The notes beneath the pieces were generated by a model. That model searched no databases. It was not told the origin of the DNA and worked only from the letters and a program-made list of their open reading frames with translations. The position numbers and the translations under genes were made by a program. From Lophium mytilinum (Eukaryota), in NCBI GenBank assembly GCA_010093605.1, contig MU004181.1, positions 186,001-250,000 of the forward strand: a stretch of DNA of 64,000 nucleotides, given 5' to 3'. This document shows, piece by piece, positions 61,161-64,000 of this stretch (positions are counted from its first letter, which is position 1; each line of letters opens with the position of its first letter).

Positions 61161-64000
61161 TCCAGGGACGCGAGTATGACGATGTCACAGCAGTACGCAC
61201 AGCTCTACTATCGTACATTTCGGCAGATGAATGCGACATGTGTGCTACTCAAACGTTGTCCCAACACTTGGAATATTACTTGGCACTAACTGTCACAAAC
61301 TGCGGGCTATTGAAGACTGCACCGGCACGAGGCGGTGCTGCATGATTGAGGTTGAACAGTTCCTGGGCCTACAGGGTATAGAACACGACACCTTTCCGAG
61401 CTGGAGAGCTCAGCCTCTTTTTTTGCGCAAGGACACAGCATCTGTTCAGATCTTGATCAAGCCAGCTCTGGAGTACACGCTCCAACATCTCGGCGTCCGC
61501 AGCCAACATCTGGACCTTCACTTCGCGTGCAGCTATGCTGATATATGTCGCACTTGGGCATTCTGGAAAGACTGCACGGCTACAGTGTACGCAGGGCACG
61601 CGGCCCGACCTCGAAGGATCAGTGTAAAGAGGGAGCGAGGGTCAACCAGTTGTAGAAGTTGATGAGCTAGCAAGTTGAGATTGTGACTGAGGGCTTAGAT
61701 TGATATACGTCAGGCTTGTGAACACGAGGATTTCCCTTCGCAATCCCGGGGTTTTGGTATCCTAGGTGCTCCAAGAGATAAATCCACAAGTGCTGTCTGA
61801 CGTCAAACGGGGGCGTATTTGGTGTTTTCAGTACCTATTGCGCCACCCTCCTCATTCGCTGGGTTTGAATGATCTGTGATTTTCAGCAGAGTTTGTATCA
61901 AGAACTGTACAACATAGTCTAAATGATGGTTCTTGTCGCCGTCCAGTTTATCCTCGCACGTGATCAAAAACGAGGTCCACCGCGAACATCATTGCCCACA
62001 CCATCGCCAGAATCGCTACCTCTCCACCTCCACCTCCACGCCCGACGATCTCTCCGCACACCTGCACGACACCCACGCCTCCAACTCCGTAATCTAGGTT
62101 TCCGATCGCGCTCTTCACGATGAGCGTTCTTTCAACCTGCCGCCAACACCTATGTTGATACTTCCCTCAGACTCGCATCAAACTCCCATTTTCCTAGGCC
62201 GTACGATGGACGGTATGAGCGTTATCAGTCCAGGTCAAGATCTAGGTCCCCCTACAGACATCCGACATGCCCCCATGGCGAGAAGCGACCCCGCGACTCC
62301 CACTCTTACCGCGACGAACACGAGTAGACAACCGCCGCTTTAGAGACTGTCGTCGCCAGTCGTTCGAATCGGACAGACACTTCGACTACGAGGGACGGGA
62401 GCGTGGTGGGGAGCTGGCCTAGGCACGGGTTTCGACTAAGCTGGCGGATGAGGAGCGCAAGACGCAAAGATGGGTCGATGATATGGCCACACGGAAACCT
62501 AACAACGTTGAGGACGAGAAAGCTGAAAAAGTTGAGGCTTCGACCAAAATGGCGACGATGCCTCCAATGTTTCATCTCATGAGGTTCTTGAAGCGGCACC
62601 TGCGCGAATTGGCCAGTCCAAATTCAACCCCGAAGAGAAACGATCAGCTCACACGACATATTTGACGGTGGCTTTATGAAGACTCTAGGGTATGAATTCA
62701 GCCCTGTCATCTCCTCAGAAAGTGCCGCTAACACAATCTTCTCAGTACTCCCATCTCTACCGTGGCGTGCATCCCTTCTACTTCCTGGAAGAGAAGACCG
62801 ACTTCAATACCGTGCCATGGCAAGAGGACGTCGACCGCCGCGTCTATCAGTTCCTCCAGTCATCCTGACCGAGGGTGCTGTCAAGGGTGGTTTTGCCCAG
62901 ACGCTCGTCAAAGGGAGTCTGACTGCTCCTCTCCTGTTCTTGCGAAGGAGGGTCGAAAAGGCAAAGCTCTGTAGGCACCGAGTCTGTCTCTTACACGGCC
63001 CTTCTTCTCACGGTTCCTGTGCAGACCGACATTCCGTGGAGAGACTCCGTGCTCACGACACCGCTTTCAGAACGCATTCGAACCCCACGCGAACCTGTCT
63101 TGCAAACCGAAGTGAAGTCTACCCACGAGCAGATCACTGGGTCACTGCATCTTCCACGGGAGATGCACGACCTGCTGCGGATCAATCTCACCCGTCACCC
63201 GTCATGAAGCTTCCAACGCCCGGCGCTTGTAGAGTCCGAAAGCAAACGCGTCGATGTATGTCAAGGTCTCAGCCATAGTCTCTATGAATATGCAGAGGGT
63301 GCTGTTGAGTAGACAATCGCGGCTAAGACAACTACCAGCGGAGCTAAGAGGGCGGTCGTCCTACTTGCTTGGCCTGAACCCACCCTCGTTCAACAAGATG
63401 CCTACAAAGCTAAATGCCAACACCAAACCTCCATCCAACCCTCACGTTACGAAATCTCATTTGGGAAGCTTTCCCGTTCTATCTAGACCAACTTCTACGA
63501 CCGCCGAACATCCTGAGCCGCTACCAAGTCGACTCGCTCGGATCAGGTGCTGAAGCGAAACTCAAGTTCATTCCCGAGGGGACATCTTAAAGCGGCGATG
63601 GGTTACAAGCAACGGACCTCGTAGAGCCAGCTTCACGACACGATAATTAGTGCGTATCCTGTGCGTCCGGCAGACCACTCAGCTACGGCAATCAATCAAC
63701 ACCAGTGCCTTCGACAGTCGGTGGAAAGGCAAGAAAGAATGAGATGAGTAGAACAGATAGAGTCAATCCTCAAGTCACGGTCGAGGTAGAGCACCAGCGG
63801 AACCCCGGTGACGTTTGCTGAAATCGCAGCGGAGTAGGCGCGCAAAACATAGACCCAGTTCTCGCTCCCGCCTGGCAGGCGAGTCGCACCGGAGACAGCT
63901 TTGGCGTACATGTTTCTCGGCTCTAGGGTCATGTCCGCATTCCCATCGCAAGCTCCAGACGACGCCGGGCTGAGGAGCTACAGTCCTAGGCCACAAGTCT

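Noticed and set aside
52700..64000. Many 60-200 aa ORFs; a Starship captain or Helitron RepHel was looked for
   Set aside because: I recognised no tyrosine-recombinase, Rep/helicase or other domain motif; frames are broken by stops. Left unassigned.

Overview
Filamentous-ascomycete (RIP-competent Pezizomycotina) genomic DNA that looks accessory or lineage-specific: I recognise no intact conserved housekeeping gene. Main elements: (1) A tandem family of six intronless, strongly diverged F-box-like paralogues (11.3-36.6 kb). (2) A heavily RIP-mutated AT-rich block (12714-24167): a hAT DNA transposon (12-bp TIRs, 8-bp TSD AGGAGGAT) with a nested Ty3/Gypsy LTR element (210-bp LTRs, 5-bp TSD). RIP-like stop codons appear to have leaked into the neighbouring F-box gene. 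(3) Two mosaic blocks (6.2-9.3 kb and 39.6-50.7 kb) of short, broken fragments of about ten unrelated housekeeping genes (CCR4, pyruvate kinase, RBM39-like splicing factor, SDR, HECT E3, Mit1/CHD remodeller, glutamate 5-kinase, glutamate synthase, Ras, eIF4E). All are on the minus strand, some retain introns, and they are partly interleaved. (4) Two spliceosomal snRNA-like genes: a U1-like RNA with an intact fold but a rewritten 5' splice-site-recognition arm (4160-4311), and a U6 with small non-canonical changes (54348-54449). Most of 0-6 kb and 52-64 kb is decayed ORF-like sequence I cannot assign. Homology calls come from recalled protein/RNA motifs, not database searches, and fragment boundaries are approximate.
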